DNA from: Candidatus Aegiribacteria sp. | GTDB taxonomy: Bacteria > Fermentibacterota > Fermentibacteria > Fermentibacterales > JCC-6 | Assembly: GCA_046498225.1 (NCBI GenBank) | Contig: JAWOBF010000043.1 | Coordinates: 1 to 64,000, forward strand | Length of the DNA: 64,000 bases | Direction: 5' to 3' | In this document: positions 28,666 through 38,032 of the stretch, piece by piece | How positions within the stretch are numbered: the stretch's first letter is position 1 | How the letters are laid out: each line of letters opens with the position of its first letter | Notes under the pieces: generated by a model | Told to the model about the DNA's origin: nothing | Databases searched by the model: none | Seen by the model: the letters and a program-made list of their open reading frames with translations, nothing else | Program-made: the position numbers and the translations under genes

Positions 28666-29159
28666 GGCGTCTCTTCCTCATCGGGGCGGGGAAAGTCAAG
28701 GTCCTCATGGATGGAGCCTGGAACTCCCGCCACCAGAGCCAGAGCCAGTCCGGCCAGGCTTCCGAGGGCAACCGGCAGACCGGCCAGCTGCAGATACCTT
28801 CCAAACCTCAGCCATGAGACCGATTCCAGCCTGAAGGCCGCGATACGGAAGGCAGATCCGGCGGCGAAAAACAAAAGGCCGGCCCAGCGCAGTATCCAGG
28901 GAGAGCTCCAGGAGGTCAGCTCCAGGAGAAAGCCGTCGACCGCGCTCACCAGGAGCACGGAGTAGAACACGGCGTAGGGAAGGCTGGCGGACCCTCCCCT
29001 GTACCTGCTCTCCCAGGCGCTCCAGATGAGATATACAAGGACGGTGGCGCCGCTCACCTGGAACTCTATCGAATCCCACGGAAGGGCCTCCAGGTCCACC
29101 GCACCCAGGGCCCATAGGACACCTACGAGAACCAGGACCAGGATAAATCTCAATATCAT
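28662..29159 (-). CDS. Multi-pass membrane protein (possibly ICMT/PEMT-related)
   Basis: About 5 hydrophobic segments; stop overlaps dtd start. Confidence 0.6.
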   Translation of the reverse strand: MILRFILVLVLVGVLWALGAVDLEALPWDSIEFQVSGATVLVYLIWSAWESRYRGGSASLPYAVFYSVLLVSAVDGFLLELTSWSSPWILRWAGLLFFAAGSAFRIAAFRLESVSWLRFGRYLQLAGLPVALGSLAGLALALVAGVPGSIHEDLDFPRPDEEETP

Positions 29160-29261
29160 TTAATTACAGTGCTCCTCACTATTCGTCTTCCGATGCGTGA
29201 CCGGCTACGGCCGCGAAACGGCCCCTGACACCATCGAAGGCGTTAGAGACTGGCTGTCTCC

Positions 29262-31121
29262 CTACCTGACCAGGGAACATTTCATGAGATGGATGGAATC
29301 GCCCCTTCTCAGGGAGATAATATACACTCCTGACGCCGACATGCTGCCATCGCGGGATATCCCGTCCCAGTGGAAAGCCTCTCCGGGAAGGGGAGCCCTG
29401 AAGGTTCCCGGACCCGCCCCGGCCCGCGTGGAGCGGTGCACAAGCCGGCCTGTCAGATCGAAGACGGTCAGTTCAACGTCAACGGGACCCTGCTGAAGGT
29501 CGAATCCCACGTAAATGCCTTCCGTGGAAGGATTGGGGAATACAGAAGGAGGGTCCGAACCCGGTTCGGGGTCCACGAACACCTCCAGCTCGACCCCTTC
29601 ATCATCCAGGGTTCCCGAGACGGGAATGACCGCTCCCTCCCCCCCTCCGTGCGAAACCGTGAACGGACCGGTTACGCCGGGACAGAAGGCGAAATATCCG
29701 CTGCCGTTGGTATCAGTGTGGTAGAGGGAATCCCCCATCGTAACGGTGAGAGGGTATTCCGGAAGGGGAGTGAACGAGGAGCTGAGAACGACCCTTCCGG
29801 TGACCGAACGATACTTGAGCGCCGCGAAGGCATCTATAATTCCGTGCCCGATACTGTTGTCCGGGTCGTGGGAACGCGACGCGGTGACCTTGAGTATTTC
29901 CATTATCTCCAGCATGTTCCATTCCGGATGTGCCTGCTGCAGGGCCGCGGCCGCGGAGGCCGCCAGGGGTGCTGAGAACGATGTTCCATTGCCCTGTGAA
30001 TACCCGGAAGTACCCTGAAAGGCCAGGCTCACGTTCACGCCCAGGGCGCAGCCCTCGGGCTTAATCCTGCCGTCGAATGTGGGACCCCTGGAGGAAAATT
30101 CCGCTACGTTCCCGGCGTCGTCCACACCGCCCACGGCGAAGACGGAATCGCCGTCGGCCGGCGCGAGGAGGGTGCCCGTCCCGGGGCCCGCGTTCCCGAT
30201 GGCATTGAATACCACCATTCCCCTTTTCGCGGCGGCGTCGGCGGCTACGGTCGTGACAGCGGTGTTCCCGTCCAGGTCGGAGTAGCCGTACCAGTCGATG
30301 TAGGCCAGGGAACTGTTGACCAGATGACCGCCCCGTTCCTCCACCCATTCCAGCCCGGCCACCCAGTAGTCCTCCTCCGCCTGGTACTCGTCGCTGATGT
30401 CCTCTGTCTTGGCAAGCAGGTAGGATGCTTCCGGAGCTCCGCCGGAGAAGGAGCCCTCCGCGAATCCTCCGAGTATCGAAAGAACGGCGGTACCGTGGTC
30501 GGACTGTCCGGGGGGGTCATCCGGCTGCTGGGAGGGGTCGGGGTCGTCGTCGACGAAGTCGTAGCTGTCCAGCACCTCAATGCCTTCAAAGACCTGATGC
30601 GCCAGATTGAAGCCGGAGTCCAGCACGCCCACCACCACGCCCCGTCCCAGCCATCCCCTCTCGTGCAGCTCGTCCAGCCCCGCCTGGCCCAGCTGAAAGG
30701 ATGTCACCCCCGCCCGGCTCCCGCTCAGGGGACGGAGGGGAGGCATGCGGAATGAACTGCCGGCTACGGGGCGAACGTGACTGACGAAGGGAAGGGCCGT
30801 GACATGATGGATGTCCCGCTCCGGAATACTGACGCTCACCGCGTTGAGGAACCTGGATTCGGTCCTCAGGACGCAGCGGTTTACCTGCAGCACCCGACTG
30901 ACGTAACCGCTCCAGGGGGGGAGATCATACTCGTCCGCCCCCACAAGACCCGCCGAAACCCTCCGCTCCCATGATGGTGAGTCCATGAGCTCCGCGGTGC
31001 GTGCCGCGAGCCTTGTCTGAACATCGGGACCCCTGTCCGTGAAGAAGACCCACCAGGCGGTTGTTTCGCACAACGCTGCAGCGGAAACCACCAGCAGCAG
31101 CAGTGCAACGCGCAGGATCAT
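29262..31121 (-). CDS. Secreted S8 subtilisin-like serine peptidase with C-terminal FlgD/T9SS-like sorting domain
   Basis: Signal peptide; triad LDSG, DHGT, GTSFSAP; C-terminal VFPNP..VFDLTGRLV..WDG..SGVY. Confidence 0.9.
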   Translation of the reverse strand: MILRVALLLLVVSAAALCETTAWWVFFTDRGPDVQTRLAARTAELMDSPSWERRVSAGLVGADEYDLPPWSGYVSRVLQVNRCVLRTESRFLNAVSVSIPERDIHHVTALPFVSHVRPVAGSSFRMPPLRPLSGSRAGVTSFQLGQAGLDELHERGWLGRGVVVGVLDSGFNLAHQVFEGIEVLDSYDFVDDDPDPSQQPDDPPGQSDHGTAVLSILGGFAEGSFSGGAPEASYLLAKTEDISDEYQAEEDYWVAGLEWVEERGGHLVNSSLAYIDWYGYSDLDGNTAVTTVAADAAAKRGMVVFNAIGNAGPGTGTLLAPADGDSVFAVGGVDDAGNVAEFSSRGPTFDGRIKPEGCALGVNVSLAFQGTSGYSQGNGTSFSAPLAASAAAALQQAHPEWNMLEIMEILKVTASRSHDPDNSIGHGIIDAFAALKYRSVTGRVVLSSSFTPLPEYPLTVTMGDSLYHTDTNGSGYFAFCPGVTGPFTVSHGGGEGAVIPVSGTLDDEGVELEVFVDPEPGSDPPSVFPNPSTEGIYVGFDLQQGPVDVELTVFDLTGRLVHRSTRAGAGPGTFRAPLPGEAFHWDGISRDGSMSASGVYIISLRRGDSIHLMKCSLVR

Positions 31122-31151
31122 GAAAGCGGATGCCTGCTCAGACCGGCGACA

Positions 31152-31706
31152 TCAGGTTGACGACTGGTCGTACCACCGCCAGATGTACCACTCACCGGTT
31201 GAATCCTCCCGGCATATGAAAAGCGCGTCTCCGGAGGCCCTGTAACCTGTCTGGTGGGCATCATCGGTGTATACCTTGAGGTCAAAGGTTCGAGGAAGCT
31301 GAAGGGACTGGCCGGTGGAATCGCCGGTCCAGGGGCTCTGTGCTGTTCCGGACAGGGTCAGTTCTATGGCCGTGACGCTGTTGAACATTATCTGGTGGAA
31401 CTCCTCCTCGAGGTCCAGGCCCCAGTATTCGTCTATTATTCCGTCACCGTCGTAATCGTCCCAGTCCACCTGCAGGAGGTGGAACTCGAAATCGTCGCGG
31501 AAGCAATCGAGGTAGTGGTCCAGATCCCTGCTCTCGTAGGCGTACTGAAGGTTCTCGAGCGCCTTGTAGGCGCTGTCAACAGGATTGTGGTACTGCACTT
31601 CCTCGCCGGTTTCCGTATCCGGCGAGAAGGGATTCCAGCATCCCGCCACCAGCAGCACAGCGGCGGCCGCCGAAACCATCAGAGCATGTATTTTCGTTTT
31701 TTTCAT
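31152..31706 (-). CDS. Lipoprotein, NTF2/SnoaL-like
   Basis: MKKTK..LLVAGC-WNPF lipobox; LENLQYAY..Y..C..DDFEF; DYDGDG loop. Confidence 0.65.
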   Translation of the reverse strand: MKKTKIHALMVSAAAAVLLVAGCWNPFSPDTETGEEVQYHNPVDSAYKALENLQYAYESRDLDHYLDCFRDDFEFHLLQVDWDDYDGDGIIDEYWGLDLEEEFHQIMFNSVTAIELTLSGTAQSPWTGDSTGQSLQLPRTFDLKVYTDDAHQTGYRASGDALFICREDSTGEWYIWRWYDQSST

Positions 31707-31865
31707 GGTGGATTCCCTCTGTTCGCTCATTGTACTCGATGCACCTCCGATCGTAACCATATAACTCCACCCATGGAAAATTGTTCCAGAACCTCTTCCT
31801 GTCAAGAAGACGTCCCGTGTTGACGATTGCTCCTGACCGCTGCATTTATCAATTTGGAGGATTGG

Positions 31866-33074
31866 ATGACTAACATCGCTTTATGTCTTCTGATATTCAT
31901 CACCGGACAGGCTGCCACGGTGGACCAGGCAATAGAGCTGTACCTCATGGGAGACATGAGAGGCAGCATATCCGCGCTGGAGTCGCTTCTGGACAGGGGA
32001 GGCCTTACCCTGGACGAGGAGGTAAGGGCCTACCACCGGCTGGGAGCCGCTTATTACGGCCTGGGAGAGACGGACAATACGGAAGACTCCTTCTACAGTC
32101 TCCTCATCCTGGACCCCTACTACGATCTGGGACCGTGGGAGAATCCGGAACTCAGGAGCATACTCAACGACGTGAGGCAGGAGAACCTGGCCACGGTCCT
32201 GATACAGGGGGAGCCCCGCGGGGCTCTGGTTTTCCTCCAGGACCAGTACCTGGGCTCCACCCCCTTCATCCACGATAACCTTATCGGGGGCCAGTCCTAT
32301 ACTTTCACCATCATGGCGGAAGGCTACCGGACCAGTGTGAAGACCTGCAGCGTTGCGCCGGGACAGCTGCATACCCTTACCTACCAGATGGAATCGGAAT
32401 CTTCTCCCGGGACCGGGACACTCGCCGGGAGGGAGGATGTCCTTGCTCAGGTGGAATCCCGGGGACATGATACCCAATTCCCCGACACTTCCTCCGCAGC
32501 CGGACAGGACGGGTCGGGAAGCATGAGCATCGAAAGACTGAACGCGCTGCTTCACGGAGGGGAGGAGATGGCGGCCCTGGAGGATGTGGGCCCGTTGAAC
32601 ATGAGTTCCTCCGAGAATGAGGACCAAACCTCGGGGCGGGAGTTCACCCGCGACCGCGTCAGGTTCGAGAGTACCGGCGGAACCATAGAGACCGACTCCC
32701 GGAGCGGGGCCCGCATGGTCTTCTCCGATGTAAACGTAGAGTCGGAGGAGGTTCTTCAGACCGCTCCCGGCGCAACCTACGGCTCCAGGTCCTCCGGCGA
32801 GGTCAGGGGCGTGCTGGCCTCCAAGGAAAGCGCCGTAACCTTCATATACAACAAGCACCTCAGATCCGACCCACTCCTGTCGGGGACGGTGGTGATCGAG
32901 ATGATCATACAGCCCAGCGGCAGGGTCTCGGACGTGAGAATAATCGACTCCAACACCATGAATCCGGCCTTCGACCTTGAACTGGCCGCCAATGTTGAAA
33001 CCTGGAGGTTCGGAGCGGTGGATGAGGACGAGGGTCCGCTTCCGGTCACCTACCCCTTCGTCTTTTCCCGCTGA
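31866..33074 (+). CDS. Exported TPR + PEGA + TonB-C-like (AgmX/PglI-type) domain protein
   Basis: ATG after GGAGG; signal peptide; PEGA (GEPRGALVFL..YLGSTP..AEGY); C-terminal YNKHLRSDP.LSG..SGRV..WRF..VTYPFVF. Confidence 0.72.
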   Translation: MTNIALCLLIFITGQAATVDQAIELYLMGDMRGSISALESLLDRGGLTLDEEVRAYHRLGAAYYGLGETDNTEDSFYSLLILDPYYDLGPWENPELRSILNDVRQENLATVLIQGEPRGALVFLQDQYLGSTPFIHDNLIGGQSYTFTIMAEGYRTSVKTCSVAPGQLHTLTYQMESESSPGTGTLAGREDVLAQVESRGHDTQFPDTSSAAGQDGSGSMSIERLNALLHGGEEMAALEDVGPLNMSSSENEDQTSGREFTRDRVRFESTGGTIETDSRSGARMVFSDVNVESEEVLQTAPGATYGSRSSGEVRGVLASKESAVTFIYNKHLRSDPLLSGTVVIEMIIQPSGRVSDVRIIDSNTMNPAFDLELAANVETWRFGAVDEDEGPLPVTYPFVFSR

Positions 33075-33116
33075 ACCTCGCAGTTTCCCGAACCGTCGAG
33101 GGAGAATGAGAACAGT

Positions 33117-33704
33117 ATGAGCGAAAAGAGAGTTCTGGAGATACTGAGAACCACTGACGCCCTTCTGGAGGGACACTTCAAGTACACTTCCGGCCGTCAC
33201 GGCAGGGAGTATTTCGAGAAGATACGCATTGTCCGGGAACCCCGTTTCGTTGACGAGCTGGGAAGTATGATGGCGGTGATGATGGAAGATGTCCGTGAAG
33301 GCATCGATGTCGTATGCGCACCGGCCTACGGAGCGGTGGTTTTCGGATATTCCACGGCTCTGCACATGGGCCTGAGCTTCGCATTCCTTCAGCGTGACCG
33401 CCGGGCCAGGATGTCGATTCGGCCGGGTTTCCTCGACCTGCTGAAGAACAGCCGTGTTCTTCTGGTGGAGGACGTGTCCACCACCGGCGGCAGCATAGTC
33501 GAATCGATAGAGGCCCTGGAAAGGGCGGGGGCCGAGGTCGTTCAGGTGGGTCTGATAGTTGACAGGACGGCGGGAAAGCTCGATCTGGGCGTACCTTACA
33601 GGTCCCTTCTCAGTGTGGAGGCCGTCAGCTGGGCGGCCGATGAGTGTCCCCTCTGCCTGAAGGGGGTCCCTGTCACCGCGCCGGGCTCCTCCGGCAAGAA
33701 ATAG
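33117..33704 (+). CDS. pyrE: Orotate phosphoribosyltransferase
   Basis: EGHF..SGRH, LLVEDVSTTGGS PRPP motif, ECPLC..PGS tail. Confidence 0.93.
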   Translation: MSEKRVLEILRTTDALLEGHFKYTSGRHGREYFEKIRIVREPRFVDELGSMMAVMMEDVREGIDVVCAPAYGAVVFGYSTALHMGLSFAFLQRDRRARMSIRPGFLDLLKNSRVLLVEDVSTTGGSIVESIEALERAGAEVVQVGLIVDRTAGKLDLGVPYRSLLSVEAVSWAADECPLCLKGVPVTAPGSSGKK

Positions 33705-33749
33705 ACGCCTTCGGCATACCCGGCTGCCGGACATCGCCCGCTGAGACTG

Positions 33750-34622
33750 TCAGGGTCTCTGGTTGAAGAACTCCGAGAGCTGCGTGTAGAGTTCGGGGGC
33801 CTTCCGCTTCATCGTTTCCGGTTTTTCGAAGAAAGCCTCCACCGCGCAGGCGAAGAACTCCGCCGGATTGGTCCCTGCGTAGTGCCGCAGAATTGACCTT
33901 CCCCTGCCCACCTTCTCGAACTCCCTCTGCATCACCTCCACCCAGGGTCTGTAGGAGCCCAGGGTCAGTTCATCGGGGATCCCGTCCGGGCGGTAGCCGT
34001 CCAGCACATGGGCGAACTCGTGATAACCAACGTTGTAGCCGTCATCTTCATGCTGGAAGCCCCGCAGCAGGTGGGGAAGGGAGAGGATAACGTTGCCGGA
34101 TGAGTGGACCAGTCCCGCCGCGGCGGCATCGGTTCCTCTGAGGTCGGTGGAGTAGGAACCGTCGGTCCTGAAACCTCCGGGATAGACCAGTATCTCCCCG
34201 AAATCCCTGAACTCCCACTCAGGCCTCATGAAAACCAGGCGCACGGCCGTGGCGGCCACCAGCAGCGCTACTTTCCTTGTTATCTCAACCTGATCGACCC
34301 CCGTAATACTGTGTTCCGCCAGGAATATGGCCAGGTTGGCCTCGTAGGTCTTCCTGTCCCGCTCCGAAAGCGTGCAGTAGAAGGACACGTTCTCCCGCAG
34401 TATCCTTCTGTCCTCGTCGCTGAGGGGCCGCCGGGATATCCGAAGCCTTCTGCGGTACTTCGGGAGGTAGATACCGTAATAGTAGACCGCCCCAATAACG
34501 AACACCACCGGCACCACCGGAAGGGCCCTTCCGGCCGCGATGAAGGGAAGGCTGAAAAGAAGACAGGCCAGGAACGTGATTCCCAGCCTTGCCTTCAGTT
34601 TACCGCGGGGGTAGATCTCCAT
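33750..34622 (-). CDS. Zinc-dependent peptidase, M90/MtfA family, N-terminal TM
   Basis: ILVYP, DGYNVGYHEFAHVLD, YAGTNPAEFFA..EAFFEKP. Confidence 0.88.
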   Translation of the reverse strand: MEIYPRGKLKARLGITFLACLLFSLPFIAAGRALPVVPVVFVIGAVYYYGIYLPKYRRRLRISRRPLSDEDRRILRENVSFYCTLSERDRKTYEANLAIFLAEHSITGVDQVEITRKVALLVAATAVRLVFMRPEWEFRDFGEILVYPGGFRTDGSYSTDLRGTDAAAAGLVHSSGNVILSLPHLLRGFQHEDDGYNVGYHEFAHVLDGYRPDGIPDELTLGSYRPWVEVMQREFEKVGRGRSILRHYAGTNPAEFFACAVEAFFEKPETMKRKAPELYTQLSEFFNQRP

Positions 34623-34627
34623 TCGGG

Positions 34628-35191
34628 TCAGACCTTCTTGATGAAGTGCCGCTCCACCTGTATGCGCTTGAGTTCCCGCTTGAATATCTCCCTGTCCTTC
34701 TGCTCGCTCTGCAGCTCTTCCTGAGCCTCCTCCAGCTTGTGCTCCTCCAGCCTGAAGGCCCTCCAGGCCTTGCTGTAGCTCTCCTTGAGCGAATCCAGCT
34801 CCTCCGGTTCCAGTTTCTCCTCATCGGCGTTTTCCGCGGCTACCCTGACCTTCTCGAAGGCTTCCCTGGCCTCAGCGGCCAGCCTGGATTCCTCCTTGAC
34901 CTCCTCGCTGAACTGCTTCATCTCATCCTGGCTGAAGTCCATCTCCTTCATGATCCTCTCCTCCAGCTCGTCCAGAAGAGGTGTCAGGAATTCCCGCACA
35001 TCTTCGATGAAGCTGCGGTAGCGCTCCACCGACCTTCGAAGCTTCTTCTCCCTGCGGATGTTCTGAATTCCGTTGAGTCTCTCCTGCCACTGGTGGAGCT
35101 GGCGTACGCTATCCACCAGGTCCTTCCGTATGGCGTTCTTGAAATGTATGTCAGTCTTGAGCTTTCTCTCCACCGCGGTATGCTGGTCCAT
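34628..35191 (-). CDS. Hypothetical charged coiled-coil protein
   Basis: ATG at 35191 after AAGGGGAG; E/K/R-rich helical composition. Confidence 0.7.
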   Translation of the reverse strand: MDQHTAVERKLKTDIHFKNAIRKDLVDSVRQLHQWQERLNGIQNIRREKKLRRSVERYRSFIEDVREFLTPLLDELEERIMKEMDFSQDEMKQFSEEVKEESRLAAEAREAFEKVRVAAENADEEKLEPEELDSLKESYSKAWRAFRLEEHKLEEAQEELQSEQKDREIFKRELKRIQVERHFIKKV

Positions 35192-35307
35192 GTAAACGCT
35201 CCCCTTAATTGGATTTGGATAACTGTCACTCACTTATGCGCAGTCCCGATAAATTGCTCTAAAACGCCTTTCTGTCAAGGCTGCGTCGATGGAGGCGGCG
35301 GGAATGA

Positions 35308-35835
35308 TCAGCTTTCCCGTTCCCCGTCGCGCTCCGCGTCCCGCTCCAGGGCGGCGTAGCTGAACCTGATACCCAGGCCGGGGTCCAGCCCCAGCTTCTC
35401 CGCGGCATGAAGAACGGCCTCTTCCGACTCCGCCTCTATCTCCACGAAGTTCCCGAACCAGAGACTGTCCAGACATACTGAAGCCTCACCCAGGCTGCAT
35501 TCCCGCCGGGTCTTCCGATACCGGTACACCACACCGTATCCCAGAAGGCCGAACAGCTCCAGCGCATCCTCCTGGGAGCAGTCCAGCACCGCCTCCTTCT
35601 CCTGACGGACCTTCAGCGCCGTCGCCGGAAGCGGCTTCTTTACCGTGACAAGGGTTCCCTTTTCATGATTCCGAAGCCGGAAGAGCAGATCGTTCCTTCC
35701 CAGGGGACCCCCCATCCTGTCCAGCACCAGATTGTTCTCCTCCACCGCTTCCCCGGGATCTATTCCCAGGTCCGAAAGACGTCTCTCGATCTCTGTGTGG
35801 TCTTCCACCCTGAACTTCAATTCCATCTCAAGCAA
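35308..35835 (-). CDS. CYTH-domain protein (class IV adenylate cyclase-like)
   Basis: ExExK motif (EMELK), LFRLR, YRKTR, GNFVEIE, SY; TTG start inferred. Confidence 0.85.
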   Translation of the reverse strand: MLEMELKFRVEDHTEIERRLSDLGIDPGEAVEENNLVLDRMGGPLGRNDLLFRLRNHEKGTLVTVKKPLPATALKVRQEKEAVLDCSQEDALELFGLLGYGVVYRYRKTRRECSLGEASVCLDSLWFGNFVEIEAESEEAVLHAAEKLGLDPGLGIRFSYAALERDAERDGERES

Positions 35836-35862
35836 CGCACACCCCCATGCAAGAGCCGCTGA

Positions 35863-35891
35863 TTGACCGATATGATATGATAGCTTAAATT
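35863..35891 (+). promoter_or_regulatory. Sigma70-type promoter for tRNA-Ser(TGA)
   Basis: TTGACC-17 nt-TAAATT, 10 nt before the tRNA. Confidence 0.7.
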
Positions 35892-35901
35892 CCATCTTTG
35901 C

Positions 35902-35987
35902 GGAGGACTAGTCTAACTGGTAAGGCAGCGGATTTGAAATCCGCCGGGTTTATTCCCTTCGGGGTTCGAGTCCCCGGTCCTCCGCCA
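35902..35987 (+). tRNA. tRNA-Ser(TGA)
   Basis: GGAGGAC/GTCCTCC acceptor, GCGGA-TTTGAAA-TCCGC anticodon arm, variable arm GGG-TTTATT-CCC, TTCGAGT loop, G73-CCA. Confidence 0.93.
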
Positions 35988-36027
35988 TCACCCGGTCGAG
36001 AACCAGCTGATTTCGGATTTCCATGCA

Positions 36028-36060
36028 GAAAGGGGAGCCCTCTGAAGGACTCCCCCTCTA
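36028..36060 (-). terminator. Probable intrinsic terminator between convergent tRNA and lipoprotein gene
   Basis: Minus strand GGGGAGTCC-TTCAGA-GGGCTCCCC-TTTCT. Confidence 0.6.
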
Positions 36061-36079
36061 ATCGTCAATCTGAAGAGCT

Positions 36080-36466
36080 CTAGAACATGCCTCCGCTGAC
36101 CACGACCCAGCTGCCGTCCTCGAGTACCAGATCGATCTCGTCCTCCTGGGTCTCGCCCATGAAGGTCATCTCCACCATTACCACGGCTTCCTCGCCGTCG
36201 ATCTCGGAGCCGAGAACCTTTATGTCCATGTCGCCGAGCATGGCCAGCATGGACTGAGCCATTTCCTTGTCCTCATCGGACATGTTCTCTATCTCAGCAC
36301 GCTCGTCTGCGGGCAGGTACTGCGCCATGGCGTCGAAATCACCATTCTTCATGGCGGCGAACATTCCATTCACGGCGTCTTCGGGACTGCTGGCCCCTCC
36401 GCCGCCGCCGCCGCAGGCCATCATTGCGAGGCCGGCAATACCCAGAACAGCAAGAAGTTTACGCAT
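36080..36466 (-). CDS. Small lipoprotein (DUF4878/NTF2-like)
   Basis: MRKLLAV..MMAC-GGGGGG; SSPEDAV..GDF..LVLEDGSWVV; GGAGG SD. Confidence 0.75.
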   Translation of the reverse strand: MRKLLAVLGIAGLAMMACGGGGGGASSPEDAVNGMFAAMKNGDFDAMAQYLPADERAEIENMSDEDKEMAQSMLAMLGDMDIKVLGSEIDGEEAVVMVEMTFMGETQEDEIDLVLEDGSWVVVSGGMF

Positions 36467-36596
36467 CTGTTTTACCTCCATTAAGAGTATCAGAAGCTGC
36501 GCGATTCCGCGAATATGGAAGGCTCAACCCCTGAAGGCCTGATTCGAACATCAGATACTACAAATACGCGCAGCTCGGGTCAACACCAAACAGTCC

Positions 36597-37082
36597 TCAG
36601 AAAAGGCGTTCCAGTACGGATGAGCCCGTTACCCGCCATGCGGAGTCCTCCCAGGCGAGCTGAAAGGTCATGGAGAAGCCCGAATCCCAGGTGAACACCA
36701 CCTGCGCGTTCCTGCCCGACATGGAGGTGTTCTCGGATACGACTTCGTCCAGGGAGGGCAGCTGTACAGACCCGAGCAATCCTGAGACGAAATCCTCCAG
36801 CGTCATCCATTCCAGGTCAGAGGGCGCCAGGCCCGCTCCGGTTCTCCGAAGAAGCTCTTCCGCCAGCTGCGGGTTCTGCAGAGCTATCTCCTGAAGCTGG
36901 GCGTACGCGGCCTCTATCTGAGACCTGACGCTGTTGGAGAGCATTTCCATGAAAGAGTCTCCATCACACCGCTCCACAGCGTAGAGAATGTCCCAGGCGG
37001 CATCGATGGGGGTGGCGCGCGCCGACGGGGCAAATGCGACGACCGCCACGGCGACGGTCAGGGAAGTCCGCAGCAAATCCAT
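36597..37082 (-). CDS. Secreted hypothetical protein (NTF2-like C-terminus)
   Basis: Signal peptide; LAWEDSAWRV; overlaps PHP gene end. Confidence 0.6.
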   Translation of the reverse strand: MDLLRTSLTVAVAVVAFAPSARATPIDAAWDILYAVERCDGDSFMEMLSNSVRSQIEAAYAQLQEIALQNPQLAEELLRRTGAGLAPSDLEWMTLEDFVSGLLGSVQLPSLDEVVSENTSMSGRNAQVVFTWDSGFSMTFQLAWEDSAWRVTGSSVLERLF

Positions 37083-38032
37083 GTTCGTCCTTTCCTGTAG
37101 ACATGTATCGACAGGGGTCCTTCAACCGCTTGATCCATTCTGTGCTCGCCGGGGCCAAGCCGGCCGGTCCACATGCCGCCTTGGGAGCCGAAAACCGCGA
37201 CTTCCCCCCCGGAAGGCAGCCTGACGGCAACCCTTCCGTCCTCCCTCGCGGCCCTGAAACCGCGGGCATCTCCCAGAATGGCGTTGCTGGTGAAGCAGGA
37301 GCCCCTTTTCAGCGCGTCGAGTATTCTTCTTTCCGCCAGGGCGTCATCGCCGGGAAGTTCCTCCTCCAGCAATATATGCGTCAGCAGCCTTCTGAACAGC
37401 ATGGGGTAGGGAAACACCACCAGCTTTCTCCTTCCCGGGCCGAACTTCAGAGCGTGGGCGTCCGGCCCGGCTATGGCGCAGCCTCCCACATTCCTCCAGA
37501 ACTCTATCGCGGCGGGGTCCGGATGTTCCACGGAATCGTCGGGATGCTTCAGCTTCATTCTCATGTTCAGCAGAGAGATGTTCCTCTTCCACAGCGACAT
37601 GTAGTTCCAGACCTCCACTCCCGCCAGCCCCTCCGTACTGTCCGCGGTCCATGCGTAGCTTCCGGTCCTGGGCAGTTTCCCCGGGGCTTCGGTGGGGTGG
37701 GCGGCTATGGCCACGCCCCCCCGCCGGTTCACGAATTCAATCTGTTCGGATGTATCGGCGGACGGGGGCAGACCGTCGATGCCCCAGGCCAGGATGTGGC
37801 TCTTCCGGGCGGAGTCCTCCAGCTCTGTCCCGGCAAGGACGAAGAGGGAGGAATTCCAACCGCCGTAGCCGTTGTCCCTGGCCCAAAGTGTCCTGTGGTC
37901 GTTGATGCCCAGGATATCCGCGCCGGCCGCCACGGCCTCCGCCATGACCTCCTCCATGGTCCCGGTGCCGTCGGACGCTCTGGTGTGAACGTGCAGCAGC
38001 GCTCTCTTCTCCACGGAAGGGAAGGATATCAT
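37058..38032 (-). CDS. PHP-domain phosphoesterase
   Basis: HVHTRASDG, INDH, AAHP, GVEVWN, GPDAH. Confidence 0.88.
   Translation of the reverse strand: MISFPSVEKRALLHVHTRASDGTGTMEEVMAEAVAAGADILGINDHRTLWARDNGYGGWNSSLFVLAGTELEDSARKSHILAWGIDGLPPSADTSEQIEFVNRRGGVAIAAHPTEAPGKLPRTGSYAWTADSTEGLAGVEVWNYMSLWKRNISLLNMRMKLKHPDDSVEHPDPAAIEFWRNVGGCAIAGPDAHALKFGPGRRKLVVFPYPMLFRRLLTHILLEEELPGDDALAERRILDALKRGSCFTSNAILGDARGFRAAREDGRVAVRLPSGGEVAVFGSQGGMWTGRLGPGEHRMDQAVEGPLSIHVYRKGRTWICCGLP

Noticed and set aside
31881..33734. 617-aa minus-strand ORF
   Set aside because: Antisense to two well-supported genes (PEGA/TonB-C protein and pyrE)
35902..35987. Possible tRNA-Sec or suppressor tRNA (TGA in the anticodon loop, variable arm)
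   Set aside because: Anticodon is UGA (reads Ser UCA), not UCA; 7-bp acceptor, 5-bp T stem and G73 fit an ordinary tRNA-Ser
35988..37082. Genomic island integrated at tRNA-Ser(TGA)
   Set aside because: No integrase and no duplicated tRNA 3' end found in the window
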